A stretch of 32,000 bases of DNA from Akkermansia muciniphila ATCC BAA-835 (GTDB lineage Bacteria; Verrucomicrobiota; Verrucomicrobiia; Verrucomicrobiales; Akkermansiaceae): the NCBI RefSeq assembly GCF_000020225.1, contig NC_010655.1:2100001-2132000 (forward strand), in the 5' to 3' direction. Position 1 is the first letter of the stretch; every line of letters begins with the position of its first letter. The notes under the pieces were generated by a model, which saw nothing but the letters and a program-made list of their open reading frames with translations, searched no databases and was not told the DNA's origin. Positions 17,493 through 26,767 of this stretch are shown piece by piece. The translations under genes were made by a program, and so were the position numbers.

Positions 17493-18725
17493 TCAATTTT
17501 TCTGGGAAATCCGCTTGCGGAAGGGCTGCATGCGGCACATGGTGGCGGTGCGCCAGAGCCATTCCAAGGGGCCGTACAGGAAATGGCTTAGCCAGAGGCG
17601 GCAGGCCCAGGCCTGGAGGAGGAAGACGGCAACGGCTGCGCACAGGCATGGCCACGGCCCCATGTCCTGGGCCAGGCCCAGCCCCCACCCGAAGAAGAGG
17701 AAGGTGAAGACCAGCGTCTGGGTGATGTAGCAGGTCAGCGTGCATTTGCCGGCGCTGCTGAGCAGTCTGGCAGGCAGGGGGAGGCCGGGATGGGTGAACA
17801 GCAGGACGGCGGCGGAGACGAAAGCCGCGGTATAGGCCAGGTTTTCCCATTGGTGCAGAAGGTGTCCTGCGTCCACTTCCAGCGCGGAGTCCAGCCGGGA
17901 GGGGAGTAACAGGCGCGCCGCCAGCAGAGCCAGGAACAGGGTTCCGGAGATTCCCAGCATCCGCAGGAACAGGCGGCGTTTGTCGGGCGCGTCTTCAAAG
18001 GTGCGCCATCTGCCCGCCAGCATGCCCAGGATGAAGAGGCCCAGCGTTTGCCAGAGGCGGCCGCTGAGCAGGAAGAAATGCCATTTGCCCGCCTGTCCCT
18101 GCGTCAGGTTCCACAGGGCCGCCTGGCCCCAGCTGCCGTGGGCGTACAGGAATTCCCGCGTGGGGCTCGCAGCCGGGGAGGCCGTATGGAACCAGCCGGA
18201 GGAGTGGGGCCACCAGTCCGCCAGCCCGGCATGGTTCAGCAGGTCCATGAGCATGACCGGCTGGAGCAGGCACAGGGCGCAGAGGGTGATGAGCAGGGGT
18301 GTCCCGCATTTGTAGAGCATGACCAGGGCAAAGCCCAGAATGCCGAAGAGGGTGAGGATGTCCCCGTCATAGAACAGGGTATGCGCCAGCCCCAGCAGGA
18401 ACAGGAGCGTCAGGCGCCACATGAAGCGTTTCCGGAAGTCGATTCCTTGCTGCTCCCGCCTGTCCAGCTGGATGAAGAAGCTGAGGCCAAACAGGAAGGA
18501 GAAGAGCAGGAAGGATTTGCTGACAAAGAGATGTTCATAGGCCCAGTCCGCCGCACTGTTGGCCGCAGCCTGCCATCCTTCCGCCGGGGGCATGGGAAGA
18601 TAGAGGTTGAAGTGGTCGTGCGTGTGGACGATGACGATGCCCAGCAGGGCCAGGGCCCGGAGGATATCCAGAATGGTGATGCGCGCGGCCGGGGGCGGCG
18701 TTCCGGCGGGAGTCCGGGCGGTCAT
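17493..18725 (-). CDS. DUF418/YeiB-like polytopic membrane protein
   Basis: From the ATG at 18725 the protein reads MTARTPAG...ILDILRALALLGIVIVHTHDHF, followed by ~10 hydrophobic segments. The 60 extra codons of the tracked ORF overlap the dxr 3' end and are Pro/Arg/Trp-rich. Confidence 0.75.
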   Translation of the reverse strand: MTARTPAGTPPPAARITILDILRALALLGIVIVHTHDHFNLYLPMPPAEGWQAAANSAADWAYEHLFVSKSFLLFSFLFGLSFFIQLDRREQQGIDFRKRFMWRLTLLFLLGLAHTLFYDGDILTLFGILGFALVMLYKCGTPLLITLCALCLLQPVMLMDLLNHAGLADWWPHSSGWFHTASPAASPTREFLYAHGSWGQAALWNLTQGQAGKWHFFLLSGRLWQTLGLFILGMLAGRWRTFEDAPDKRRLFLRMLGISGTLFLALLAARLLLPSRLDSALEVDAGHLLHQWENLAYTAAFVSAAVLLFTHPGLPLPARLLSSAGKCTLTCYITQTLVFTFLFFGWGLGLAQDMGPWPCLCAAVAVFLLQAWACRLWLSHFLYGPLEWLWRTATMCRMQPFRKRISQKN

Positions 18726-18729
18726 GGCG

Positions 18730-19905
18730 TCAGCAGGGGCGGGAAAAGGATGGGAGCAGCTCCGCCGCGCGCCTCCTGGCCCATTGGTCCGCTTCCAGAA
18801 TGGGGGCCAGTTCCCCGCAGGGATCCGCCGGGGTGTGGTCGTCCATGACGGCCTCCACCAGTTTCCAGATGCCGGGGAAAGAGATTTGGCCGTGGATAAA
18901 GGCATTTACCGCCGCTTCATTGGCGGCGTTGTAAACGGCTGCCAGGGTGCTGTTGCCGGCTCCGGCCCTGCGCGCCAGGTCCAGGGCGGGGAAGACGTCC
19001 GTGCGGGGGGCCTCGAACACCAGCCGGCCGATTTCCGAGAAATTGAGCTGTTTCAGGGAGTTGGGAACGCGGTCCGGCCACGTGACGGCGTACTGGATGG
19101 GAAAGCACATGTCCGAGCTGCTCATCTGGGCCAGCACCGTGCCGTCTCGGTATTCCACCATGGAGTGCACGATGCTCTGCGGGTGGACGATGACGTCCAC
19201 TTTTTCCATGGGGACGTCAAAGAGCCAGCGGGCCTCAATCATTTCCAGCCCTTTATTGAACAGGGTGGCGGAGTCTATGGTGATTTTGCGGCCCATGCTC
19301 CAGGTGGGGTGCTTGAGGGCCTGTTCCAGCGTGACGTGTTCCAGATCTTCCCTGTTCCAGGTGCGGAAGGGGCCGCCGGATGCCGTCAGAATCAGGCGGG
19401 AGACGGCTTCCGGGCCGCCGTGGCTGCCGTTCAGGCATTGGAAAATGGCGTTGTGCTCGCTGTCCACCGGAAGCACCTGCACACCGGCCCGGCGGGTTTT
19501 TTCCATGACAATTTGCCCGGCCATGACCAGGATTTCCTTGCTGGCGATGGCGAGGTCCTTGCCTGCTTCAATGGCGGCCAGAGCGGGTTTGAGCCCGGCG
19601 GTTCCCACGATGGAGATTAATACCATGTCCGCCTCCGGGAGCTGCGCCAGGCGGCACAGCCCCTCTTCTCCCGTTTCCACCTGCGCGCCGGGGAGGGAGG
19701 CCGCCAGACCGGCAGCTCCGGACGGGTCATAAATGCATACGTTGCGGACGTTGAATTCGCGTGCCTGGCGGGCCAGCGCCTCCACGCTGGTTCCTGCGGC
19801 CAGCCCCACGATTTCCATTCTGTCCGGAATGTCCCGGGCGACTTTCAGGGCACTGGTTCCGATGGAACCTGTGGACCCCAGGATGACAACGCGTCGTTTC
19901 TGCAT
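18730..19905 (-). CDS. dxr: 1-deoxy-D-xylulose-5-phosphate reductoisomerase
   Basis: VVILGSTGSIGTS (NADPH site), PVDSEHNAIFQ, ATLFNKGLEMIEA and HPQSIVHSMVEY are present. The protein is full length at 391 aa. Confidence 0.96.
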   Translation of the reverse strand: MQKRRVVILGSTGSIGTSALKVARDIPDRMEIVGLAAGTSVEALARQAREFNVRNVCIYDPSGAAGLAASLPGAQVETGEEGLCRLAQLPEADMVLISIVGTAGLKPALAAIEAGKDLAIASKEILVMAGQIVMEKTRRAGVQVLPVDSEHNAIFQCLNGSHGGPEAVSRLILTASGGPFRTWNREDLEHVTLEQALKHPTWSMGRKITIDSATLFNKGLEMIEARWLFDVPMEKVDVIVHPQSIVHSMVEYRDGTVLAQMSSSDMCFPIQYAVTWPDRVPNSLKQLNFSEIGRLVFEAPRTDVFPALDLARRAGAGNSTLAAVYNAANEAAVNAFIHGQISFPGIWKLVEAVMDDHTPADPCGELAPILEADQWARRRAAELLPSFSRPC

Positions 19906-20193
19906 AACGGAGAAACATGATGCAAAAAATACGGCCTCTTGACAAGCCGGGGGATGAAAATCTTCCCCGCGCCGCGTGGACCGTTTTTTCCGTCAGTACG
20001 GCTTCATTCCGGTGGGCCGGGAGGAAGGCCGCCACGTATTCGTGCCGCAGGCGGCAGGTGCCGTGGGTTGATACGTTCCTGCTGGCTTGTCAGGCAGGGA
20101 ACCCCGGAAAAGAGCGGGTTTGGACGTGAAGGAAAGTTCCGCCGCATGGAAAAGGGTTGTATTTTCCTCCGGTGGGCGTATAGGATGGCACGA

Positions 20194-20703
20194 ATGAAGC
20201 GCATCGCCGTGTATGCCGGTAGTTTCGACCCTCTGACCAACGGTCATTTATGGATGATCAGGCAGGGGGCGAGGATGTTTGATGAACTGATTGTGGCCAT
20301 GGGCGATAATCCGGACAAGCGTTATACGTTTTCCCATGAGGAGCGCATGGATATGCTGCGGGTGGCGCTTTCCGACATGCCGGATGTGCGCATTGCCGAG
20401 TTCCACAACCGCTTTCTGGTGGATTTTGCCAATGAACACGGGGCCACGTTCATGCTGCGCGGCATCCGTTCCACGCAGGATTACGAGTATGAACGCGTGA
20501 TGCGCCATATCAATGCGGATATGGCCCCCAAGGTCTGTACGGTGTTCCTGATGCCTCCCCGGGATACGGCGGAGTTGTCCTCCAGCATGGTGAAAGGGTT
20601 GATTGGGCCGGAAGGCTGGGAGGGCCAGGTGAGCCGCTATGTTCCCCACAATGTATTCGCCATGTTGAAGGAGAAGTACCGTGAGGTTTTTCCGTGTTCC
20701 TAG
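20194..20703 (+). CDS. coaD: Phosphopantetheine adenylyltransferase
   Basis: [22 protein letters not shown] (T/HxGH motif), [13 protein letters not shown] and SSSMVK are present. ATG 20185 (MARMKR...) is an alternative start. The tracked ORF start at 19939 adds an implausible Gly/Arg/Pro-rich extension. Confidence 0.92.
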   Translation: MKRIAVYAGSFDPLTNGHLWMIRQGARMFDELIVAMGDNPDKRYTFSHEERMDMLRVALSDMPDVRIAEFHNRFLVDFANEHGATFMLRGIRSTQDYEYERVMRHINADMAPKVCTVFLMPPRDTAELSSSMVKGLIGPEGWEGQVSRYVPHNVFAMLKEKYREVFPCS

Positions 20704-20727
20704 CGGAGATTCCGGATTTCCGTTCTG

Positions 20728-21090
20728 TTATTCGCTGTCCGGTGGAGAGGGGGCAGGGGCGGAACGCCTCCGCCTCCTTCTGTCTTTCTGCTTTCTCATG
20801 CGCTGGATGACGCGGGTTCTTGCGGCGCATCGGCCCGTTTGCATTTGTTCCACAGCATCGCACAGTTCCCTGCGCGCCAGAAAGCGGTTGAGTTCCCTGG
20901 ATCTGTCCGCATGGCATTTGACGGCGATGCCCGTGGGCGTGTGCCTGAGGTAAACGCAGTTGTTGGTTTTATTTACTTTCTGGCCGCCTCGCCCGCTTCC
21001 GCGGACAAAGCTTTCCTCCAGATCCTGTTCACGGATGCCCAGGGCCTCCATCCGTTCCCGGAGAGCTGCCAGTTTTTCAGGCCTGACCAT
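20728..21090 (-). CDS. Small GGQ-motif peptide chain release factor-like protein (ArfB/RF-1-domain-like) with Arg-rich tail
   Basis: From the ATG at 21090 the protein reads MVRPEKLAALRERMEALGIREQDLEESFVRGSGRGGQKVNKTNNCVYLRHTPTGIAV.... The C-terminal tail is RMRKQKDRRRRRR. Confidence 0.8.
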   Translation of the reverse strand: MVRPEKLAALRERMEALGIREQDLEESFVRGSGRGGQKVNKTNNCVYLRHTPTGIAVKCHADRSRELNRFLARRELCDAVEQMQTGRCAARTRVIQRMRKQKDRRRRRRSAPAPSPPDSE

Positions 21091-21631
21091 AGCCGGAGGA
21101 TTGCAAGGTGTTAACGCGCTGCCGGACAGCATGGGCCAGCATGTCCCGGCTGGCGGCCGTCATGGGGCGAAGGCTGACGGCAACGGTTGATCCGTCAGTC
21201 AGGCGGAGGTTCAGCCGTCCGCCTTCCCGGTCCGCGGAGCGAATCTGCTGCCAGAAGAACCATTGCATGGTGCGCTGCGTTCTCAGGAACGGCAGGATTT
21301 CCACTCCCACCGGGGTGACGATGACGGCCGCGTGTTTCAGGCAGCGGCTCCCCGCAGCCAGGCAGAGGGCGGCGGGAACAAGCGCCGCGGCCTGCATGGC
21401 CCACAGGGGGGCGGGCAAATACGGGGTAATTGTATCATATCCCGTGAGCTGGAGGAAAGCGGCAGTGGCTGCCAGAAGGAACCCCGCCGCCGTCAGTATG
21501 GCGCCTGACCGGTTCCGGGTGAAGCGCAACTCCCGTTTCCGGACGGGAATGTGCCGGATGTCCTCCACGCCCAGACCGGCCTGAACCGGACGGGGCGCGG
21601 AAGCGGGAAGATGGCGTTCAGGCTCCGGCAT
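21077..21631 (-). CDS. Hypothetical membrane protein (two TM helices plus a small soluble domain)
   Basis: The ATG at 21631 overlaps the upstream stop by 14 nt, and the stop overlaps the next ATG by 14 nt. The hydrophobic segments are AILTAAGFLLAATAAFLQL and LWAMQAAALVPAALCLAAG. Confidence 0.6.
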   Translation of the reverse strand: MPEPERHLPASAPRPVQAGLGVEDIRHIPVRKRELRFTRNRSGAILTAAGFLLAATAAFLQLTGYDTITPYLPAPLWAMQAAALVPAALCLAAGSRCLKHAAVIVTPVGVEILPFLRTQRTMQWFFWQQIRSADREGGRLNLRLTDGSTVAVSLRPMTAASRDMLAHAVRQRVNTLQSSGYGQA

Positions 21632-23003
21632 AGACGCCCGGGAGGATTTCCTTCGTTTCGTCGGAGTCGTTTTCCATCAGCAAGGTGCCCCGGAGAACGG
21701 CTCCGTCCTGGAAGTGGAAGCGGCCGCGCAGGGTCAGCTTGTCCATGCCTATCAGGGAGGGCAGGCCCAGCCCGTCCAGGGAATCCACCAGCTTGTACAG
21801 TTTGGAATCCAGGTCCACCACCGGGGTGTTGCCCTGCCGTTCCGGCGCCAGGGCCACGTTGCCGTGTTCATCCACGGCGATGGCGTCCGAACGGAGCAGG
21901 AACAGGTCGGAAGTGGTTTTGACGGGGAAGAAACGGGAACGCGGGACGTTGACGGCCCTGGCGCCGGGGAAGCATTCGATGCCCGCGCCCATGGCCGTTT
22001 CCAGCTGGTACACCGGGGCGGATTCCGGATCGCGGGGGTTGAGCGTCTTTTTATTACGGATCATGGGCAGCGGGAGTACGCCGCCGTTGGCGTCCAGAAT
22101 TTCCTTGAGGGCGTCCAGGCGTATCCAGAGCGTATTGGTGTTGAAATAGCGGTGCCTGGAAATGTTCTGGAATTCAGGAATGTCCTCATCCGGGCACTGG
22201 GCCACTTCCCGCAGAATCAACTGGCCGTCCGATTTCCTGACAGCCAGGTGGCCGCCTTTCCTGTCCGCCACCGTGCGGCGGGTGACTTCCATGACGAAGG
22301 GGGCGCCGCTTTCCGCAAACCAGCGGAGGAAGTTCATGTCAAGCTGGGCGCCCAGATTGTCGGAATTGGAGACAAAAGCGTATTTAACGCCATCCTCCAG
22401 CAGGCGGTCCAGCCAGCCGGACCCCAGCAGGGCCGGATACAGGTCCCCATGGCCTGGCGGGCACCATTCCAGCTCCGGCTGTTCCGGGCAGCTGGCCGGG
22501 GAGAGGCCGTCCGCCAGGATTTTGGGAACGCGGTTTTGCAGCAGCTCCACTTCGGCGCGGTCCGCAAAGCCGTCCGCCGCGTATTTTTCCAGGTAGGCCA
22601 GCGTGTCCGCGCTGGTGGAGAAAGAGTTCATCAGCAGAAGGCGCACAGGCGTGCCGGAGATGGAGCGCAGATGCTTCACCTGCCTGACGATCAAATCCAG
22701 GAACGTATCCTCTCCTTTTACTTTCAGCAGGCTTTTCGCTTTCTGGAGGCCCATGCTCGTGCCGAGGCCGCCGTTGAGCTTGATGCATACGCAACGGGAA
22801 ATCAGGTCCTTGTCCGCCGCGGGGGTGGAGGCCGTGATGTCCTGCCAGTCTTCCACCTGGTCGGCGGGCAGGATGTCCGTTTCCGGAATCATGCCGGAGT
22901 GGTTGGAAACAAGGGCTTCATAACAACGGGAGAAAGCGTTGACGGCCGCGGCTGAAACGCCGGCGGACTCCATCTTTTCCGCAAAAGGAGTGAACGTACT
23001 CAT
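21618..23003 (-). CDS. UTP--glucose-1-phosphate uridylyltransferase of the eukaryotic UDPGP (type 1) family
   Basis: IKLNGGLGTSMGLQKAKSLL is the UGP-type nucleotide-binding loop. The 461-aa length and overall layout match UDPGP-family enzymes rather than GalU. Confidence 0.87.
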   Translation of the reverse strand: MSTFTPFAEKMESAGVSAAAVNAFSRCYEALVSNHSGMIPETDILPADQVEDWQDITASTPAADKDLISRCVCIKLNGGLGTSMGLQKAKSLLKVKGEDTFLDLIVRQVKHLRSISGTPVRLLLMNSFSTSADTLAYLEKYAADGFADRAEVELLQNRVPKILADGLSPASCPEQPELEWCPPGHGDLYPALLGSGWLDRLLEDGVKYAFVSNSDNLGAQLDMNFLRWFAESGAPFVMEVTRRTVADRKGGHLAVRKSDGQLILREVAQCPDEDIPEFQNISRHRYFNTNTLWIRLDALKEILDANGGVLPLPMIRNKKTLNPRDPESAPVYQLETAMGAGIECFPGARAVNVPRSRFFPVKTTSDLFLLRSDAIAVDEHGNVALAPERQGNTPVVDLDSKLYKLVDSLDGLGLPSLIGMDKLTLRGRFHFQDGAVLRGTLLMENDSDETKEILPGVYAGA

Positions 23004-23101
23004 TGGCGGCTTTTGTACAAAATGCCCGGAGGAGGCTCAAGCATTATCAGCGTATCCGGAATGCCCGCGCGTTTTCTCTTTCTTGCGGGGACTGCTCCGG
23101 G

Positions 23102-23845
23102 TTATCTGGCTGCCGTCACCCGGATCCGCCGGTAGTCCGCCACCCATTGGGAACCGTCCCATAACTCATCTTTCAGGGAATCCTCCATTTCCTTGAAAAT
23201 CTGGATGCGCTGTTCTTCGCGGAGGTTGTTCAAGTCTTCCCGGAAGAATTGACACGCCCAGTTGCGCAGGCCGTCAGGACCGCCTTTCAGCGGCGTAGGG
23301 CGGTCAAATTCCTTCATTGTTTCCGGGCGGAGCCCGGCTTGTTCCAGAACGCTGCCGTATTCTTCCGCGGCGGGAAAGTAAAAACGCGTTGTGTACGGGA
23401 GGTTCCTGCGTTCCAGGGCTGTCCGAAAAGCTTCCCTGATGCGGAGAATATTGAGGTGGGCTCCGAATTCGCAGACCAGTTTCCCCTGCGGTTTCAGGAC
23501 GCGGGAAACGGCATTTAAGAGAGTCCCATGGTCCGGTATCCAATGGAGGGCCGCATTGGAGAAAACGATGTCAAATCTGTTGCGCCAGGGCATGAGGCGG
23601 GCGTCCAGCACGCGGAAGTCCATGCCGGGATAGAGCTGGCGGGCTTTTGCTATCATTTCCGGAGAGGAGTCCAGGCCGGTGACGGACGCCGATTTCTCCA
23701 GCAGAGCGTGCGTCAGCGTACCGGTTCCGCAGCCCAGGTCCAGAATGGACTGGTCTGGATTTTCCGGTACGCAGGAGAGCAGTTCCCTGCCGTATTCCGC
23801 GACAAAACCGTGTTTGTTTTCGTACCATTCAGCGTTCCAGTCCAT
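23102..23845 (-). CDS. Class I SAM-dependent methyltransferase (Tam/UbiE-like)
   Basis: Motif I is ILDLGCGTGTLT. Post-I is VTGLDSSPEMI, and the later DIVFSNAALHWI is also present. Length is 247 aa. Confidence 0.85.
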   Translation of the reverse strand: MDWNAEWYENKHGFVAEYGRELLSCVPENPDQSILDLGCGTGTLTHALLEKSASVTGLDSSPEMIAKARQLYPGMDFRVLDARLMPWRNRFDIVFSNAALHWIPDHGTLLNAVSRVLKPQGKLVCEFGAHLNILRIREAFRTALERRNLPYTTRFYFPAAEEYGSVLEQAGLRPETMKEFDRPTPLKGGPDGLRNWACQFFREDLNNLREEQRIQIFKEMEDSLKDELWDGSQWVADYRRIRVTAAR

Positions 23846-24000
23846 TACCTCTCCATCATAGGGAAAAAGGGGTTTTTTTTCAAGAAAGACCCTGTCTTTT
23901 TTTCATGGTATTTTTCCCGGAGGGTCTCTGTCCATTTCTCCGCGCCGTGCCGGGATTCTTCTTGCGTTGGCGGGCGGGAAATGGTTAAGATAAGCTTACT

Positions 24001-24849
24001 ATGAAAGCAACAGCCCTGTTCCTGGCGGCTTCCGCCCTGGCCGCGGTTTCCGCCGTCGCCTATGACGGATACGGTTATGACCCCCGGCCCGCGAGTTCCT
24101 ATAACAATACCATCAGCGGAGCGGCCCATATCGGCTATGATTCCCGGTATGCCTATAAAGACGTGGTGGCTTCCTCCCTGCTGAACCGCAGCGGCGTGTT
24201 TAACATCGGCGGCGAGCTGAACCTCAACCTGGCCAGAGACTGGAAGCAGGAAATCGGCGCGGAATACATGGCTTTCTGCGACGGGCTGCTGAGCGACAAG
24301 GACGCCTTTGACGCCAGCTGGAAGGCTGTCAAAGAGCTGTTCCCCAATCTTTCCTTCCGGGGCGGGTATGAGTTGAATTACGGCGGCCTCCCGGGGTATT
24401 TGAGCAAGCGCATGGGGAAGGCTCCCCATTCCCTCGCCCAGTCCGTCACGGCGGGGCTGGCGTATGACGATCCGGGCCACGGCTATTTTGGCTCCCTGGA
24501 TGTGCAGTACGGCTTTTACGGCATGACCGGCTGGCGTATTGACCTGAACGCGGGCAAGCGATGGAGCGGCCTGATTCATGAAAAGGTGGATTTGGAGCTG
24601 AGCGCCGGAACAGGTTATTCCTCCAGTTACTGGGGGCCCGGCGCAGCCGGGTTTGACCAGGTTAACATCAAACTGGCGGCTCCCGTGCGCGTAACGGGTG
24701 TGGACTCCAGCCGCGGGTTCCGGATTATTCCTTTCATCCAGCTTGACTGGGCGGGAAACACCCGTTCCGAAATCCGCCGCTACGCCGGCATGAACGCGAT
24801 TGAGGACTTCCGCATCCGTGTGGGCGTGGAAGCCGTTTACCGTTTTTAA
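24001..24849 (+). CDS. Predicted outer-membrane beta-barrel protein, function unknown
   Basis: The signal peptide is MKATALFLAASALAAVSAVA. The protein is Gly/Tyr/aromatic-rich with alternating strands and ends in the OMP-like signature ...RVGVEAVYRF. Confidence 0.7.
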   Translation: MKATALFLAASALAAVSAVAYDGYGYDPRPASSYNNTISGAAHIGYDSRYAYKDVVASSLLNRSGVFNIGGELNLNLARDWKQEIGAEYMAFCDGLLSDKDAFDASWKAVKELFPNLSFRGGYELNYGGLPGYLSKRMGKAPHSLAQSVTAGLAYDDPGHGYFGSLDVQYGFYGMTGWRIDLNAGKRWSGLIHEKVDLELSAGTGYSSSYWGPGAAGFDQVNIKLAAPVRVTGVDSSRGFRIIPFIQLDWAGNTRSEIRRYAGMNAIEDFRIRVGVEAVYRF

Positions 24850-24858
24850 GCGGCTGCT

Positions 24859-24888
24859 CCGCGGCCCTTTCACCGGGAAGGGCCGCGG
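24859..24888 (+). terminator. GC-rich hairpin 10 nt after the OMP gene stop (no U-tract)
   Basis: CCGCGGCCCTT (24859-24869) pairs perfectly with AAGGGCCGCGG (24878-24888), with an 8-nt loop. Confidence 0.35.
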
Positions 24889-24948
24889 AAGCGTTCCCCC
24901 TTTCCGGGGGCGCATGCCCCCTCCCCGGCTTCTCTTGAATCCCCTGCC

Positions 24949-25545
24949 ATGTTGAAAATGATTTTTCTGCTGGCCCGGCGCATGTTTATACGGCTGCTGC
25001 TGGTGCTGCTTCCGCTGGGCCTGTTTATGTTCCTGGCGCAGGCCATTCCCCTTTCCCCTCTGCAATCCCTGCTGGTGCTGGTTCCGGTGATTGCCTTTGA
25101 AGTGTGGCTCGTCATCAGGCATCTGCTGCCCGTCATGGGGGAGCTGGTGACCAAGACGCTGTATTCCTCCAATATTACTACGGATGAGGAAGTGCTGGTG
25201 GAGGCTTCCAGGCGCATGCTGAATTCCGGGGATCCCCAGGGCGCTCTGGAATTGCTGGAACGCTACCGGAAGGAGAATCCGGGGCTGGTGCGTTCCTGGC
25301 TCATGGAATCCAGCCTGCTGAACGATATGCGCCGGTACGCGGATTCCGTCAACGTCCTTCAGAAAGGACTGGAATACGGAGGGTGGCGCAAGGAGGACCG
25401 GGCTCTGTTCCTGTACAAGATAGGAGCCATTTACGAGTCCCAGCTCAATAACCCGGACAGGGCCCGGAAGTATTGGGAGGAAGCTGCGGATAAATATCCC
25501 GATACGGCCTATGGCCGCTCCGCACGGGACAAGGTTATGTTTTAA
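24949..25545 (+). CDS. Membrane-anchored TPR-like repeat protein
   Basis: The N-terminal part has two hydrophobic stretches (LLLVLLPLGLFMFLA, LLVLVPVIAFEVWLVI). The C-terminal half has helical-repeat sequence (GDPQGALELLERYRKENPG..., YKIGAIYESQLNNPDRARKYWEEAADKYPDTAYG). Confidence 0.7.
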   Translation: MLKMIFLLARRMFIRLLLVLLPLGLFMFLAQAIPLSPLQSLLVLVPVIAFEVWLVIRHLLPVMGELVTKTLYSSNITTDEEVLVEASRRMLNSGDPQGALELLERYRKENPGLVRSWLMESSLLNDMRRYADSVNVLQKGLEYGGWRKEDRALFLYKIGAIYESQLNNPDRARKYWEEAADKYPDTAYGRSARDKVMF

Positions 25546-25807
25546 TGCGGCTTTCCGTGAAGGGATGGCCATCCGGAATTTTTTCATTGCTTTAAAGAAC
25601 CGCGCGTGACGGAGGAATAAGTCTTTTTCCTTATTTTGCGCTGGGAAATATTCTTCAGGGGAGGCGCGATGCCATAGTGGTTCTTTCTGCTGAGCACGGG
25701 GTAATTAAGCATTGTATAGATCAATGTATGTGCTACGATTCTTCCGCATTTAATAATCATGCTTTGCCGTTTCCTTGGAACCGGATTAATTTTTCAACTA
25801 ACAGGAT

Positions 25808-26767
25808 ATGAGTAAAATAAGCCATATAAAATATATGGTGCTTTGCAATCTTCCCTACCGTTTGCGGGAAATCGCCGGACGGATTGCGAAGAAATGCAGG
25901 AGAAGGAAAGACCGGTCTCTTGAAGCGAAGCTGGAGGATATTCGCAATTTGCTTATTTATAACCACCCTATTTCCTCAGTTCCCCCGGCGACGGGGAAGT
26001 TGAGGCTCCTTCAGGACGGCAATACGGTTTTGCTGGCCCTTTTTGCGCGCAAATGCCGGGAAAACGGACTGCGGTACTGGCTGGATTACGGCACTTTGCT
26101 GGGGGCGGTAAGGCACAGGGGCTTTATTCCGTGGGATGATGATCTGGATGTGAGCATGATGAGGCCGGAGTTCGACCGCCTGCTGGAACTGCTTCCCGTT
26201 CTTTTCCCCCGTGAGGAAGGATTTACCTGGAACAGGCACGCCTTTCTGCAAATAGGATATGAGGGCACCCCCCTCAACCTTGATGTGTATCCCTATCATT
26301 TTTATGCAGAGAGTCTTTCATCTCCGGAACAGCATGAAAAGCTGGACAGGCTTTTGAGCGGATTTAAGAAAGACGTGGTGCTGGTAGGTTCCAGGATGAA
26401 CCTGACCGATGGGCAGGTTCAGGAGAAAATCCGCCAGGATATTCTGGAAGGAAGGGATGCTGCCGGGGAAGATGAAGCCCCCGGGATTTTTCTTTCTCCT
26501 GCCATTACGTTTACAAAAAACACGCACCTTTCCTATGAAACGTTCTTTCCCCTTGGCTCCGCAGAATTTGAGGGGATAATATTTTCCGTGCCCAACCATG
26601 CCCGCCAGTACCTGCAATTTTTTTACGGCGACTATCTGTCTTATCCGGAACGCATCCAGTTCAAGCATCCTTCCGTGAAGGCCATGGTGGAGAAGGTTCC
26701 CTTTGAGGCGGCGGTCAACCGTTTCATTGACGTTTACGGAAAGCGGATTGATGCGCTCATGCCATGA
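25808..26767 (+). CDS. LicD-family phospho-headgroup (CDP-alcohol dependent) transferase, copy 1
   Basis: The hallmark LicD motif is LRYWLDYGTLLGAVRHRGFIPWDDDLDVSM. The stop overlaps the next ATG (ATGA at 26764-26767). ATG 25835 is an alternative start. Confidence 0.88.
   Translation: MSKISHIKYMVLCNLPYRLREIAGRIAKKCRRRKDRSLEAKLEDIRNLLIYNHPISSVPPATGKLRLLQDGNTVLLALFARKCRENGLRYWLDYGTLLGAVRHRGFIPWDDDLDVSMMRPEFDRLLELLPVLFPREEGFTWNRHAFLQIGYEGTPLNLDVYPYHFYAESLSSPEQHEKLDRLLSGFKKDVVLVGSRMNLTDGQVQEKIRQDILEGRDAAGEDEAPGIFLSPAITFTKNTHLSYETFFPLGSAEFEGIIFSVPNHARQYLQFFYGDYLSYPERIQFKHPSVKAMVEKVPFEAAVNRFIDVYGKRIDALMP

Noticed and set aside
18726-18905. N-terminal extensions of tracked ORFs: DUF418 to 18905, UXS to 8471, coaD from 19939, the GGQ protein to 21132, and the small membrane protein to 11488
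   Set aside because: Each extension overlaps a neighbouring gene or an intergenic promoter region and is compositionally aberrant. An internal ATG in each case gives the canonical family N-terminus.
23861-23927. Short inverted matches in the methyltransferase/OMP divergent spacer (GGGAAAAA/TTTTTCCC and AGACCCT/AGGGTCT)
   Set aside because: The matches are 7-8 bp, partly homopolymeric, and arranged in a crossing rather than nested fashion. This is consistent with chance in low-complexity DNA.
23845-25587. A 580-aa minus-strand ORF covering the OMP and TPR genes
   Set aside because: The plus-strand ORFs have a signal peptide, an OMP C-terminal YRF and helical repeats. The minus-strand translation is Gln/His/Arg/Gly-rich (for example HKQAQRKQHQQQPYKH) and not protein-like.
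59-25789. Shared CGGATTAA 8-mer (59-66, reverse complement at 245-252, and 25782-25789) and CGGATT at 31212, considered as a common recombinase half-site linking the two candidate invertons
   Set aside because: An 8-mer is expected about once by chance in 64 kb of two-strand sequence, and the 6-mer far more often. This is too weak to claim without a genome-wide motif test.
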